Under the pieces are notes generated by a model. The model did no database searches. It was not told the origin of the DNA and was given only the letters and a program-made list of their open reading frames with translations. Both the position numbers and the translations under genes were made by a program. 64,000 nucleotides of DNA from Octopus sinensis (lineage: Eukaryota), in NCBI RefSeq assembly GCF_006345805.1, contig NC_043003.1, positions 52,080,001 through 52,144,000 on the forward strand. The letters are read 5' to 3'. Shown piece after piece: positions 1-14,221 of the stretch. Numbering within the stretch: position 1 is the stretch's first letter; each line of letters opens with the position of its first letter.

Positions 1-635
1 AAACGTAAAAAGACTTTCTCACTTTCCCGAGCGCCAAACTAATACACCAGCTTGTTGTTCATACACCTGTCATCGTCTTTTATTTTTCTGTAAATCTCAA
101 TTATAATATAATATAGTGCATAACTATTCACGCAAAAAGCCTATTGATTTTATAAAACCACTGCTCAAGTGCAATTATCGATTTTTTTGTTAACGCCTTG
201 TACTGACATCACCTCACTGCCATGAGCCTCGCTTACTCATCGATTTTCATCAAAATCGAACAAAAAATGCAAAAGCTGCAAGAACTCACAACATAATAGG
301 GCAGGGTCTGTTGAGGAAAAGATATTGTGTTGCAGTGTATTTAAGTGTTGAGATCCTGATCCTAGCTATGGATGAATTCTGAAACTAATGTTGAGGTCGT
401 CTGGACAAGGCTGGTAACATATTCTCTACATCGTGCAAATGATGTATGAAATCAGAACTTATCTGCCGCTCATGGTGGTCCAAATCAGATACGTAATCTA
501 TGTAGGTGTCTTTTCAAAACATCGTCTGGTTTAAAAAGCCACATCAGATGCCATGATGGTTCTAAGGTGTTGGTACAGGAGGTAGTCAAACTCTGCATTA
601 GGAGTAGACAACCACCATACACACACACACACACA

Positions 636-805
<170 letters not shown>

Positions 806-980
806 CTATGAAATGGAGAGGAGTATCAAGATTACAGCGTGATGAGCTTAAGCAATTGTATGGATTTCCTCTGCATGAAATCGTTGGTTGCCTTGTTAAT
901 CCATAAATAAAAGTATTCACCAATGTAGTATTGAGCAGTTATTCTCACTGTTCGATACTAGCATACACACATACTCGCAC

Positions 981-1024
<44 letters not shown>

Positions 1025-1029
1025 ACACA

Positions 1030-1094
<65 letters not shown>

Positions 1095-1127
1095 GGCCGA
1101 AATTTTAAAGTTACTGTCACCCTATCT

Positions 1128-2381
1128 CTGATTCCCAACACGGCTTCGTGCCGAAGAGATCATGCTTGACCAACTTACTGGTAATGAAAGAATTGGTGAC
1201 GCGTATCATGGATGATGGTGACGCTGTTGACATCGTTTTATTGGACTTTGCCAAAGCTTTTGACTCGGTTAACCACCGCTTATTACTTGTCAAGCTTGAA
1301 GCATATAGTTTCCATCCGGATATTGTACGATGGGTTGGTGCCTTCCTCTCAGATCGCTCCTTCCAAGTCCAAGTTAATGGTTCGCTGTCCGACGTCTCCA
1401 GTGCGAGCAGTGGCGTGCCTCAAGGTTCAGTGCTTGGGCCCTTATTGTTTTTAGTCTTCATAAATGACTTGCCCGACGACCTCACGCAACACACCCTTCT
1501 ATTTGCCGATGATGTCAAACTGGTCGCTCCTCGCGGTGATATAGATGATCTTCGTCGATGTCTCCACCAAGTTTGGAGATGGTCTAACGAATGGGACCTG
1601 TGTCTGAACGTGTCAAAGTGCTGTCATCTGCCTGTTGGCTCTTCTCCTGCAACTCAACTTGATTTCGAGCCGGGTCGTCTGCTGCTGGAGAGGACCGACC
1701 AGGTAAAGGACCTGGGTATCTTGGTGGATTTTTCCTTTTCACCTTCGGCCTAATGCGTCCATGCTGCCAACAAAGCACGCAGAGTTCTGTTTTTGATTCG
1801 ACGGTCATTCGGAATGCTCACAGCAGCCATATTCCTACTGCTCTATGTCATGCTTGTGAGACCCATGTTGGAGTACGGGATTCAAGCCTCTTTTCCTTAT
1901 CTCCTCAAAGACATACATCATCTCGAAAGAGTCCAGAAGCTGGCTACCCGCATGGTTCTTGGTCTCAAGCATTTGTCTTATGAAGAAAGGCTGAAGACGC
2001 TCGACCTTTATTTTCTAGAAAAACGACGACGCCGTGATGATCTCATTCTTGCTCACAACATCATAAGCGGAAAATGTAACCTCTTGAAAGAACTATTCTT
2101 CACTCCTGCTCCAGAGCGTCGGCTGCGGGGTTACTCCGAAAAGCTCTATCTGCGACGATTTCATCTCAATCGAAGGAGAGGGGCTTTCTCCGTCCAGGTT
2201 GCGAATCCGTGGAATAAGCTGCCGGACGAGATAGTGAAGATGCCGACAACCGCTCGGTTCAAAGTCTCTCTTGACCAGAAATGGCCTGAACTCTTTGCAT
2301 GAACACCCTCCCTGTACATAACTCCATGCCCCCCTACATGGCCTTGCCTTTTGAGCCAAAAAATTAATTAACTTAACTTAA
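1128..2381 (+). mobile_element. 5'-truncated CR1/L2-group LINE (RT domain to 3' tail), one in-frame stop at 1751-1753
   Basis: ORFs 1148-1753 and 1793-2302 carry LDFAKAFDSVNH, SGVPQGSVLGPLLF, LFADD, VKDLGI and ERVQKLATRM..LSYEERL motifs. Ends in a short TTAAC-type repeat tail. Confidence 0.93.
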
Positions 2382-2451
2382 AAGTATAATAAATATATAT
2401 TACATCAAAATTATTTTATTATAATTCGACTTAAAAACGAACATTGATACA

Positions 2452-2525
<74 letters not shown>

Positions 2526-3205
2526 TATATGCATGTATGTTTTTATATATGCATGTGTGTGTGTGCCTATGTATTTATTTTGGCGAGGGTATAAATATTG
2601 TTAGGGAAAACTAAAAACCTGACACTCTTTGAACTAGATTCCATGCGACCTTTGTTTCGCATCTGGTCGAACAGACACTCTCCCTTGTTACTCTCGCCAC
2701 CCGAAATAGAGTGAACCGGAACTGATTAACCCAATAGTAATCTTATAGCTAACGACGCTGTTGTTCACCGGTGGCGATATAAATTGAAGAAAAAAATAGG
2801 CAAGTTGTATATACAGACGCTATAATCCACTGTGCATGAAACGTGTGACCTTGTGTCTTGAGTTAGAAATACCTATTAACCGTTTCCTCTTCCTGGTCTT
2901 TTATTCTTCTCTCTTTTTCTCTGTTTGATCGCATTTTCAGTCCTATCCGCCGTCCCTCTCGACATCACCACCACCAAACACCTTCCCAACCTCTGTTAAC
3001 CCGCACTCCACGTTATATCCACACCTCTGCCTATACCTATCCACCAGTCCCACGACCCCCCTCCCCCCGTCAGCGTCAGTCCAGACGACTCCACCACCCC
3101 ATAGCCATCCGTTACGTCGTCGTCTCCACCCGGTTGTATATGTCTCCGTTAATCGTGCTACATGAGAAGTATTGGTGTAGTGTTTTGTAGTTTATAGTTG
3201 GTTTG

Positions 3206-3236
<31 letters not shown>

Positions 3237-3407
3237 TGGTCGATGGCGGTGGAAGTGACTGCTAGTTGATTACCCTGGGTGGTCTTCGCACCACGGGTGG
3301 GCTCGAGGAAAGAGATATGGATGCTGTCAAATTTCCTTGCATCCGGTCCTGCTGTACTCTCAGTTTGAACAATTTCCCATTGATGCAGTCACACGTTGTG
3401 GAGCAGT

Positions 3408-3467
<60 letters not shown>

Positions 3468-3800
3468 ACACACACACACATGTTACACATACACACACAC
3501 ATACATACAAACACACGTGCGCACACACATACACACACATAAATGCATACACACACAAACACACACACACATATACACACACACTTACATACAAACACAC
3601 GTGCGCACACACATACACACACATAAATGCATACACACACATAAATGCATACACAGACATACACACACACACACACATAAATATTTGTATGCTATATGCA
3701 TTTTGCCATTCAGTATCTCCCTGCCTACTCAATATACTCTCTCTATTCACTCTCTCGCCCGCCCTCTTATTTTTTCTCACTTTCTCCTTCCGTCTCTTCC

Positions 3801-3848
<48 letters not shown>

Positions 3849-4664
3849 TTTCATTCTCTCACAATCATCTATCACCGTCCACCGTTGATGCTACCACCAT
3901 TTCAACCAATCAGTCGACCCCTCCCTCACTCCACTCCCGCCCTGACATCCTTCTGCATTACCTGTACCCACCATCGTCACACCACTGCTACCATCACTTA
4001 CTCCAGAGTAAATCACCACCACCACAACCACCACCACCAACACCAACACCAACACCACCACTACCACCATTACCACTATCCCCACCAGCACCAGCACCAG
4101 CACCAACACCACCAACATTAACCCTGGGCGTTGGCAGATGTCGCCAACAACAGCACTAGGAAGTGAATAAATCTTACCCCGAGGGTGGGGTGTAATGCAC
4201 ATTCCTGGAATTGGTTTTATTGTTGTTCTTGTTATTGTCATTGGGTGGTGAAGCAGTTTTTTTTGTTGTTGTTGTTGTTGGGTGTTACTACTAGTCTTCT
4301 TATATTATTTTTATTGTTCTTGTTACTATTGTCGGTTGTTACCGCTTTTGTTGCTGCTGATGGCTAATGAGTTTTTTTGCTGTTATTTGTAATGGTAATA
4401 TCACAGTTGTTTTTGTTGTTGTTGTTGTAATCATGCTTTTGTTGTTATCATTGTGCTGGTCTTGTATTTTGTTGTTAATGTTTAAATCCAAGCCAACCCT
4501 GTTCAAATCGAGCCTTGACGAAAGGTACTCCAGGCTTGACTATTGGACATCATGTATAGGACGACATCATACAACACAAGGCTTCCCAAACTGAGATAAA
4601 TTTCCCCCCAGGGGCTAGGTAGATTTCGGCGATCTAATGCATAAATTTGCTGACATTAGATTTG

Positions 4665-4860
4665 CGCAACGCCGGACAAAATGCTTAGCAACATTTCGCT
4701 TGTCTTTACGTTCTGAGTTCAAATCCCGCTGGGGTTGACTCTACCTTTCATCCTTTCGCAGTCGATGAAATAAGTACCTGTCAAGCACTGGGGGTCGATG
4801 TAATCGACTATTGCCCTCTCCTAACACCTCAGGCATTGTGCATATAGCTGAAAGGATTGT
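4665..4860 (+). mobile_element. Diverged copy of SINE family A
   Basis: GTTCTGAGTTCAAATCCCGC..CTTTCATCCTTTCG..GTCGATGAAATAAGTACC matches the intact copy at 6607-6837. Confidence 0.75.
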
Positions 4861-5229
4861 AATTATTCTTTTCTTTTTTTCAATTAGTATTTCAAAAACA
4901 CCTGAAGTTCAAATGAAAATTTTAAGTCAGCCTTTTCGTGAAAAAATACTTATTTGTTTTTCGCTCTTTCTGCTACTTTTGGATTTAACGATTTGCTTTG
5001 TATACTTCTTGCACGCCTTAATTACTGTGTTGCTAATAAGTTGCTAATGAAGTAGTCAAATTCAGAAAACTTTGATTCTCGTTTCTGTCCACCATTAGTT
5101 CATTAGTGCAGTAACATTGTTGCTATGAGCTGCTTTTACTATATCGCTATTTGAACTTAAAATAATTGTGTTTAAAAATAAGTAGTCCTTATTATTATTA
5201 TATTTGTTTTTGTCAGTTGTTATATTACA

Positions 5230-6116
5230 CAAAGTGTTCGGGCTAAATTTAATGATTGTTTTATGTCTTTTTTTTTGTTTGTTTGATTTTTTGTTTGTTT
5301 TTTGTTTTTCAGGAGCAGCTTCATGACTTGGTGAACAGTCAATGACATTGGAAAGCATAAATATTAAAGATGTCGTTGACTGGAAGCCATCTGGATATTG
5401 GAAGAAAGTTACACGTGTTATGACGATTCGCACCGGGTATCAAAATGCTGACATCATGACTGCTGCTCAATGAAATGTGAACACTGTAAAGGCTGTACGA
5501 CGTGACATGGACAGCTGCAACAGAGACTATGAAGCCGTGGCCAACAGAGAGGGAGCAATAGCCGTTCTGATTGTGTCTGCACTTCAGAACTCACTCCCAC
5601 ATCCTTGAACAGGGCCTTAGGCTCAATTCAGAGACTGCAGTCGAACCCTGGCTGGAGAGAATTGCTACTAGAAGGCCATATATGTGGCAGCAGTATTCGG
5701 CTCCTTGCCACACCTCCCGGAAGAGTCAGAAGGGGTTGTCAGAGAATTCCTATGAGTTCAGCATCCCCAATTTATGGCCTCCTAATTCCCCCGTTTGTAA
5801 TTCTACGGATTACTATGTGTGGGGTGCGGTTGTGAAAAACACTAACTGTTCAATTTGCAACATCAAGAGCGAGCTTGTAGCCAAGGTGTTCGAAGATCTT
5901 GGTAGGGACATAGTGGGAGAACGCATGCGCCAAGTTCCAGAGCCATCTTGAAGCCGTGGCGGAAGCTGAAGGTAGCTACTTTGAATAAACTGTTATCTCC
6001 CAGCTGTAATCTATTTCATATTTTTTTTACTTTTTAAAATACTTTTTTTTTTTGGATGGAATATTGTGTTTTCTTTTCCTTTTATGCAAACTGTCAAATT
6101 TAGTCCGAACACCTTG
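5230..6116 (+). mobile_element. Internally deleted Tc1/mariner-superfamily DNA transposon
   Basis: Imperfect TIRs CAAAGTGTTCGGGCTAAATTT (5230) and AAATTTAGTCCGAACACCTTG+TA (6116). Transposase remnant QQYSAPCHTS..WPPNSPVCNSTDYYVWGAV in ORF 5571-5951. Confidence 0.85.
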
Positions 6117-6606
6117 TAGAAGTTAAAACTCATATTACTAAACAAAACGAAGTCAGTGGTAAATTTGCTTGGAAAAAGTTGCTAGGGAGCAAGTGGAATG
6201 ACATGAGTTGAGAATCCCTAATCTAACGTGTCCTACCTTTCCTGGCATACAACTACAGTATGTGGTTTGGGGAAGATTCGGTTGCTATTTCTAGCAGGTT
6301 TAGTTAGAGACCATGTAGACGGCTTCTTGTTGATAGCCTTGTTACTGTCCTCATTACTGCTACGCGCTGGTTGAATCGTTTGAGCGTCGGAGAAAATGTA
6401 TTCCGGTATTCGTTCCTACTACTTACATTCTGAGTTCAAATCACGCTAATTTTTACATTGCCTTTTCTCTCACTCTGGGGTCGATGAAATAAAGTACCTG
6501 TCTAATATTGAGATTGAGGGTATCGACTAGCTCCTTTCCTTTAAAACTACTAGACTTGTGCCTAAATTAGAAACAGTTATTTTAATTTTTTTTCTTAATA
6601 TAATAG

Positions 6607-6837
6607 CTATTTCTTTATTACTCACAAGGGGCTAAACACAGAGGGGACAAACAAGGACAGACATAGGTATTAAGTCGATTACATCGACCCCAGTGCGTAA
6701 CTGGTACTTAATTTATCGACCCCGAAAGGATGAAAGGCAAAGTCGACCTCGGCGGAATTTGAACTCACAACGTAACGCAGACGAAATACCGCTAAGCATT
6801 TCGCCCGGCGTGCTAACGTTTCTGCCAGCTCGCCGCC
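6607..6837 (-). mobile_element. tRNA-derived SINE family A (octopus-type), near-intact
   Basis: Minus strand reads GGCGGCGAGCTGGCAGAAACG (A-box-like) ... GAGTTCAAATTCC (B-box), then GCCTTTCATCCTTTCGGGGTCGATAAATTAAGTACC. Many copies occur in the window. Confidence 0.88.
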
Positions 6838-9099
6838 TTTAATATAATAGCAACACCAATTTGGTAGTTGAGTTTGATGATAGTAGACGACGATGACAAC
6901 GGCAAGAATGACGAGGAGGTGGTGGTGGTGGTGGTGGAGGAGGAGGAGGAGGAGATATCGTTTCTGGCCAATGAGTTCGCAAAGAGCAAACCTGAATGAA
7001 TGAACAAACCCCATCATCAAAGTCGTTCCGGCTATGACCATCGTTTTTATTTTTTATTTTATTTTTGCCCTTTTACGCCACAAAATCATTTTCAATTAGT
7101 TTTTTAATGCTCATCACATTAAATATACAAACATCACTGTAACTATTGATTTTCATACATATGACCTCTCTGAAAAAGTTAACGTTAGTGATTCATATAT
7201 ATATATATTCTACTTGTGAATAATATTTGTCATCACTGTATTAGCAAGAATAATAACAACTATATTTTGCTGACGAGAGCGAATAAAACCGAAATATATC
7301 CAGAATTGTCTCCCTTGTCTGTTGAAATAAAATAATATCAAACATTCCTCGCCGCATCTTTAATTCTCTTTTACTTGTTTCAGTCATTGGATTCCGGCAT
7401 GTTGGAACATCGCCTCGAAGGGTTTTAGTTAAACAAATGGGCACCAGTACTTATGTTTTAATCCTGGTACTTATGCTGTCGTTCTCTTTTACTGAGAACG
7501 ACAGTATAAGTTTACTGAGATGTAAACAAACCAACAACGATTGTCAGATAGTGAGGGGACAAACACAAAGATACACACGCACGCGCGCATATACATACAT
7601 GCATACATATAAAATTTAATGTGCAATCTTTTAAAATAAGAGTTACTAATAGTTTCTTGCCATTAAAATGTGTGGTTGGGTAGGTTTTATAACGTGATTT
7701 GTGACTCCATGCAATCTTCGGGCGCTGGTACATGAGAAACAACGAGAAAAAAACGAGAAGATGGTTGATATAAAAAAAGTGGAATGAAAAAAACCAAAAG
7801 GGTGATAAAAAAGGTAAAAAAAGGAAAATTAGAGTTACATCCCTTTTGACCGTAAAAGTCATAATTAAACTAGTTGTAGAATAATTCAACAAGAGGAGTC
7901 CTAAGTCTGCGAGGCAACTGCTCAATCCGGTGAGGGCGGAAGAAATTTTCGCCACAAGAAATTTTCCTAATGCATGCATTTGCCGAAAATTTCAGATCTG
8001 GAATTAAGTAGTCTGGTGAAATTTTCAGTTCTAAAAAGAATGTGTGATCTTTCAGCTACGCGTAAGTTGCATTTCTTAGACCATTTATATATAGCATGAA
8101 TTACTCCACGATTCTTCATTTGATTGCATGTAGTGTGCTGTTGGTCTTCAAACCCTATATGTAGCAAGCCAACTTAGTGGCTTTACTTTTGTCGACTTGG
8201 TGGAAATAAGACTGGTGGTTCGCTTAACGCTTTTTTAAAGGCCCTGATACTTGCCCACTTCACCAAACGTGAATGATAAACTCTCACGTATATAAGGCAA
8301 AAAGTTGCAGCAACACTTCAAGATAGCTGAAAAGAAAAGTTACATCGGTTTATGCGAATCCAAATCCACTCACAAAGCATCAGTCGGCCCGGGGCTATAA
8401 GGGTGGACCAAAGCCGTGTAAATGAAATTTAGTAAGCTGAAACTGTGTGGGGAAACAGCGGGAGAAACCTTTGTTGATCTTGAATAGTAGATTTAATACG
8501 GTATAAAAGTTACCTCGGTTAATGCGAATCCAAATCCACTCACAAAGCATCAGTCGGCCCGGGGCTCAAGGCGTCGCGCAGTGGGACTGAACCCAAAACC
8601 ACGGCTGCGAATCAAGCTCCTTAACCACTCACCCATGCCTAGGCCTGAATACTTCAAACTTTTTTATGCCCGACTTTTAATGCTTCAACGCGAATTTAAC
8701 TATTATTTGACAATCAGGAACTGCATTGTTGAAGATAGAGCATGATTTAAGAGAAATGTTGTTGCTATTTTCAGCATGTTTTGAGGCATGATGTGTGCGA
8801 AATAATTTATTACAGTTTAAAACAACAACAATAACTAACTCACACAGAATGTAATACAACTACATCAAGAAACAAACGTCACTCTTTCCCTTATCTTTGT
8901 ACGACAAAACACTCCAACTGCAAAACATTCTCCCTTCCCCTTCCCTATTCCAAGTAGAAATATCAGAACAACTGACATTTGTTTGCTCGTTTCTTTTTAA
9001 GCAGGGCTTGGTGGGGCAAAATAGGCCGTCTTTTTCTTTCTCTTTTTCTTCTATATCTAATTCTTTTATATTCTTTACCAGTATTGTTTTTTCCATTAA

Positions 9100-9312
9100 T
9101 TCTTCTTCTTCTTCTTCTTCTTCTTCTTCTTCTTCTTCTTCTTCTTCATCTTGTTGTTGTTGTTGTTGTTATTGTTCTTCTTCTTCTTCTTCTTCTTCTT
9201 CTTCTTCTTCTTCTTCTTCTTCTTCATCTTGTTGTTGTTGTTGTTGTTGTTGTTGTTCTTCTTCTTCTTCTTCTTCTTCTTCTTCTTCTTCTTCTTCTCC
9301 TTCTTCTTCTTC
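9100..9312. repeat. Compound (TTC)n/(TTG)n microsatellite
   Basis: Alternating TTC and TTG tracts, seen directly. Confidence 0.95.
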
Positions 9313-10219
9313 TACTAATTTCACCCAATTGCGCCTTCCCAAATTCTTCCACTCCTCCAACTTTCACTCACTATCAACGCACGACCACCGCCAGCGCTCT
9401 CCGCCGTCGCCGCCGCCACCACCACCACCACCATTGTCACCACAAAGGAGCACTGCACGTGAAAGACATGAAAATTAAACCATTGACGAAGAGGAGTTGA
9501 TGTGAAGAAAGTTGACCGTGGTGTCAGCAGTGAAGAAGCTTCGGATAAAATTTCGCTGATTTGACTCCTTTAACGCGTGGATACAGCGAGGCGGCGGTGG
9601 TGTTGATGGGCGTGAAGAAGAAGAAGAAGAGAAGAAGAAGAAGAAGAAGAAGAAGAAGAAGAAGATATCGCTGTTCTTACGTCATGTTTGCTTCAGATCT
9701 CTTTGAGATTTATTATTGTTTTTGTTGTTACTTCTGATGTTGCGGATGTTGTTTTTCTGCATGTTTGTTTTTTAATAGTTTAATCAGATGAAGGCAGGGC
9801 AATATCCATGGCCCTTTTCAGGGTCTCCCCTGAGACGAATGAGAGGAACGGCAGAAATTATTCCTCAGACCGGAGACCTGGCGATAATTCTTGCAATAAA
9901 GTGAAGTCCACTGATAGCAGGCGGTCATGTTAAACAAGGTACCGTATTAAATCTACTATTCAAGACCAACAAAGGTTTCTCCCACTGTTTCCCACACAGT
10001 TTCAGCTTACTAAGTTTCATTTACACGGCTTTGGTCCACCCGAAGCTATAACAGAAGACAAAGCGCCGTGCAGTGGAATCGAACTCAAAACCGGATGGCT
10101 ACTAAGTGTATGTCTTATCTACAGAGTAGTGTCTTTATTTTTAGGTTGGCCTGAACCAGTTCATCTATAATGAAAGGCTTTCTTGTTTTGACACACTTCG
10201 TCATTTTGATTATCTGGGA

Positions 10220-10476
10220 CAGTGGTTCTCAACCATGTTTTGCCAATGGACCCCAATTGGTTCCGATTTTATTCTACTGGATTTACATATCCATTCGATG
10301 TACAAATAAAAAATCCTACTGTATTTTAATGATTAAATATTATTAGAAATTGTATTAAAAAAAATTTAATATTTTGTATATTGTAGAAATAGAAACAATT
10401 TAGTTCGCATAGATTTTAACAGTAAAATCTTATATGGTCCCTCAAAGGCCATATGGGCCCCTATTAAGATCCACTG
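10220..10476. mobile_element. hAT-like MITE
   Basis: Termini CAGTGGTTCTCAA and TAAGATCCACTG. The 8-bp flanks ATCTGGGA and ATCTTGAG are a possible decayed TSD. Confidence 0.65.
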
Positions 10477-10674
10477 ATCTTGAGCAACAGTTTATTAGAG
10501 TATATTAGGGAGATTCAGCCACTATTTAGCAGAGATTTAGCAGCTCGAGTCACCACGTAGAGAGTCCTTCCTTAGCTCGTTAGAGTTTTGCTAATTATTG
10601 TAGCGTAACTGCTACATGATCTCTTATCATCAAAGATAGTTCCAGTCGTGACGTTCCATTGTTTTTAACCGTAT

Positions 10675-10790
<116 letters not shown>

Positions 10791-13194
10791 TAATATATCC
10801 TTCCCTTTTTTTAAAGACGGTAGCGCATCTGCTATTTCTAGCAGTCCAAGTGACTTACATAAAGGTCCCATCGCTGATTCAACTTTTTGTGAATTGCTTT
10901 TGTTGTTTAGCTCATATCAGTCCTGTTCAAATAGAGATTGGACTAAAACCTTTCTAACCGTAACCCACCATCTTTTTTCTACTGCATTATTTAATGTTTC
11001 CTTCTCTTTTCAAGCCATTAAGATATGTATGATTTGAGGGATGTTCGGATACCGTATCTAGCAGCTCGAACAGTCACTTGGAGGCTTTCTTGTTGGACCT
11101 TTGGAATCAAGGTTGTTGTCGAATGACCGCATCATTAGACTGGTTGAGTATGTAGGTAGGTAGGTAGGTAAATAGCATCTCGCTTCTTGGGTCTTTGTAT
11201 TTCATTATAACATACGAATCCAAACTATATTTAAAGGAAAGCATAAAGAGAGCTAACTGATGTATTACCAACAGTGTCGCTCAAGCGAAGCCAAACGTCC
11301 AGTTTTCGGTGATGTTAGACTGTTAATGAAAATGTTTAACATTATTACTAAGCCCCCGACTTGGGAAAGAGGTTTAATCAACGTAATCGAAATGCATTAT
11401 TTGCCTAATACTGTAATGGAGCGACCACGATGATGAAAAGCAAAGTCAACGTCGCTGAGATTTGAACTTAGAATGTGGATGGACGTAACTAAAAATATTG
11501 CAATTGATTATATTATTGGTCTTAAATATTCCTCATTGGAAAATTTGTAGATTTGTACCACAGTTATAAAAATCACTATTATTTAAACAACAGTGAAGGA
11601 ACAGTGGCTTTGGTCTTTTCAGGCTTTCTTCAGTTTCTTAAGAAAGGTGGAGCCAGTCGTCTTTAAGTTGATGTAGCCATTAATGATGTGTAACAAGAAC
11701 AAAGACCCCTTTGACAAACCCAATGACAACAAATTCCCGACTCCATTCATGACGGCAGTAGTGGTATTACTCGGGCTGGATGCTGTTGTTGCTGTTGTTC
11801 TTGCTGTTGTCTGCCACCTTCTCCCTTTTCTTTCACTTCGGAGTAGAAGTCTCTCAAATATCTTTTACACATGTAGCAGCTGGGACTTCTTCCCAACCGC
11901 ACGTCTAATTGACATCCTCTTTAGAAAACGACTTCAGTATAGCCTTGTGTTCATCGGAGCTTATTAGAACCTAGACGTCCTTATATACCCTTCCTAGCCA
12001 TGTGTTGATGTTGGTGACGGCGATCAACACATGTTCGTACTGCTGAGTAAAGTTGATGACAATCCAAGTGAGACCCATGAGCATTGGCACTAGCTTGTGG
12101 AAAGACAAGTTACTCACTAGCTCTGTCTCCTCGACTAATGTTTCGGGAACAGGGTATGCAAGCGCACCCTCTAAAATTTTTTTTGGTAGTAATGAAAACT
12201 CTTTGAACATCTTGGTTTGGACCTGGATTTGCACCCCAAAGCAAGTCATGTTCTCGCATTTATGTTTCTTGGTCTTAAGTTACACGTTGCCATATACCGG
12301 TGATCGGTCAGTGGAGTACACATCCTGCCAGCTAGTTTTTCCTTCAGCTTCCTTTTCGAAGGCGTTTCGAAACCCCTCTGAATTTTTCTTTTGAAAAAGA
12401 AAAAAAGACCAGAAAAAAAAAAAGAAAAGAAAAAGGTGTGTTAACTTCCTTCTCGTTCTTTGTTGGATAAATTCGACGGGCTAAGTTGCACTTTTTTTAT
12501 ATACCTCGACCACTCCTTCACTTTTTCTTTGCAAAAGTCGAGCAATTTCTTTTGACTCACAACGTTTCTAATTGATGGATAGTTGTTGTTGCGACTTTTA
12601 CTATTTCAGCTCCTTTTTCTTTTTCTTTAAGTTAATGTTCCCAATACTATTCTGCTTTGTTCAAGGGTGTTTATACTTGGAGATCCGTCTCTGCATATGA
12701 TTAAAAAATAACAATTTCGGGCGTTTTTGTTTACGTTACAACTACCAACAGGGTTGTAAGCACTTCTTCCTGTTCCTTCATAAGCGGACATCTTGCAATG
12801 TGCTTAAATATTGCACGCAATTTTTGTCAAAAATTTGTAAACAGTTCTGAATGTCAAAAGATAAATTTTATTTTACCCCAACAAATGAAGACAATCCAAA
12901 AGACTTTTGTTAGTAAAACGAGAACAAAAGACATTTTTCATAAGATAATCCAGTTGTTTCCTAAAATAATCCAACTATAATAACAAAATAATGATAATGA
13001 TAATAATGATGATGAGACGAAAAAGAAGAACAACAACAGCAACAACAACAGCAATATCCTCATCAACAACAATAACGACGACAGCGATGATATTTTTATT
13101 ATTGCTACCAATGTCCATTCACTCAGACAATAAAAAGGCATACAAAGGGGCTAGAAATGCATAGGAGTAAACGCTAACCAAAAAATAAGGGTAA

Positions 13195-13525
13195 AGGGCC
13201 CCTTCGGTTATGAATAATAATGGGATTGCACCTAGAAAGTTCCCCTCCGAGGCACAAATCTGGCCAAAGTTGTTTATGTAAGACCAGCAAGCACCCATGC
13301 ATACCAGCCTCTCCTCTCCGCGCCACCGATGTTATCCAAGCGAAAGGCAAAGGCGATACAGCTTGGCATCAGTGACGTCGCAACTCATTTTTGCTAGCTG
13401 AGTGAACTGGAGCAACGTGAAATAAAGTGTCTTGTTCAAGAACACAGCGTACAGCCTGGTCAGTGAATCGAACTCACTTCCTCGTGATTGTAAGCCAGAC
13501 GCTCTAACCACTGAGTCACATGCCT
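13195..13525 (-). mobile_element. tRNA-derived SINE family B
   Basis: Minus strand GGCATGTGACTCAGTGGTTAGAGCG..GAGTTCGATTC..GTGTTCTTGAACAAGACACTTTATTTCACG, homologous to 61289-61555. Confidence 0.82.
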
Positions 13526-13878
13526 TCAAAAGCTAACAAAGCTATATAAAATTGAAAAGATTAGTAGAGACGTACTATATATTAAGGTGTATTGAGATTT
13601 TTCTTTTTCTGAAATTGCACAAAATTGTTTAATGCGCGCGCGCGGCTACAGACACACGCACACACACACACACATACACACACACATACAAGCAAGATCC
13701 AGAAATGGCGTACTCTAAATGAATAAAGTGATGTAATCCGATGGTAGAAAGAATTTCGAGAATTAGACACTCAAAAGCAAGTTGAAAGGACAGGTCTCCA
13801 TGTGAGCGTTCGGTAAATAATGCTGTTGGAGAATTTTTTTCTCTACTTCATTTTCTTTTGGACTTTCCTATGTTCCCA

Positions 13879-13912
13879 GTTTCTGAAGAAGAGCCTTGCT
13901 CGAAACGTAAAC
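13879..13912 (+). ncRNA. Minimal type I hammerhead-like motif (PLE-type)
   Basis: CTGAAGA-A-GAGC-CTT-GCTC-GAAA-CG-TA. Core and stem II are intact; stem I is weak. Confidence 0.6.
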
Positions 13913-14108
13913 CAACCACTCTTTCTTTCTTTTATTCTTTCTTTCTTTCTTTCTTTCTTTCTCTGAACGTTTTATTAATACTTTGCATGTACCACGTCCT
14001 CGCGTATATATATATATATATATATAATATATATATATATATATCCCCTACTTCTTACCTCTCGTGTGTGACCTTTCTGTCCGGCAATCGCCATGATAGA
14101 TCATTAGC

Positions 14109-14221
14109 CACTACACAGATTTTTTTCTCTCCTTGTTTCTCTCCTTGTTTTTTCTGTGTCCCTTTCTGTAGAAGAGCCAGGGACACAGAAAAAACAAGGA
14201 GAGAAAAAAATGTGTGTAGTG
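14109..14221. repeat. Fold-back inverted repeat whose spacer is a truncated HHR-like core
   Basis: Arms 14109-14163 and 14179-14221; spacer TTCTGTAGAAGAGCC. Confidence 0.85.

Noticed and set aside
110-500. Possible Tc1-like remnant ending ..AHGGPNQI
   Set aside because: Too decayed, and no TIR pair was found.
11950-12700. Complex-sequence blocks (also 15300-16080) as possible host exons or LINE ORF1
   Set aside because: No sustained ORF or recognisable motif. They are probably old TE remnants but cannot be assigned by eye.
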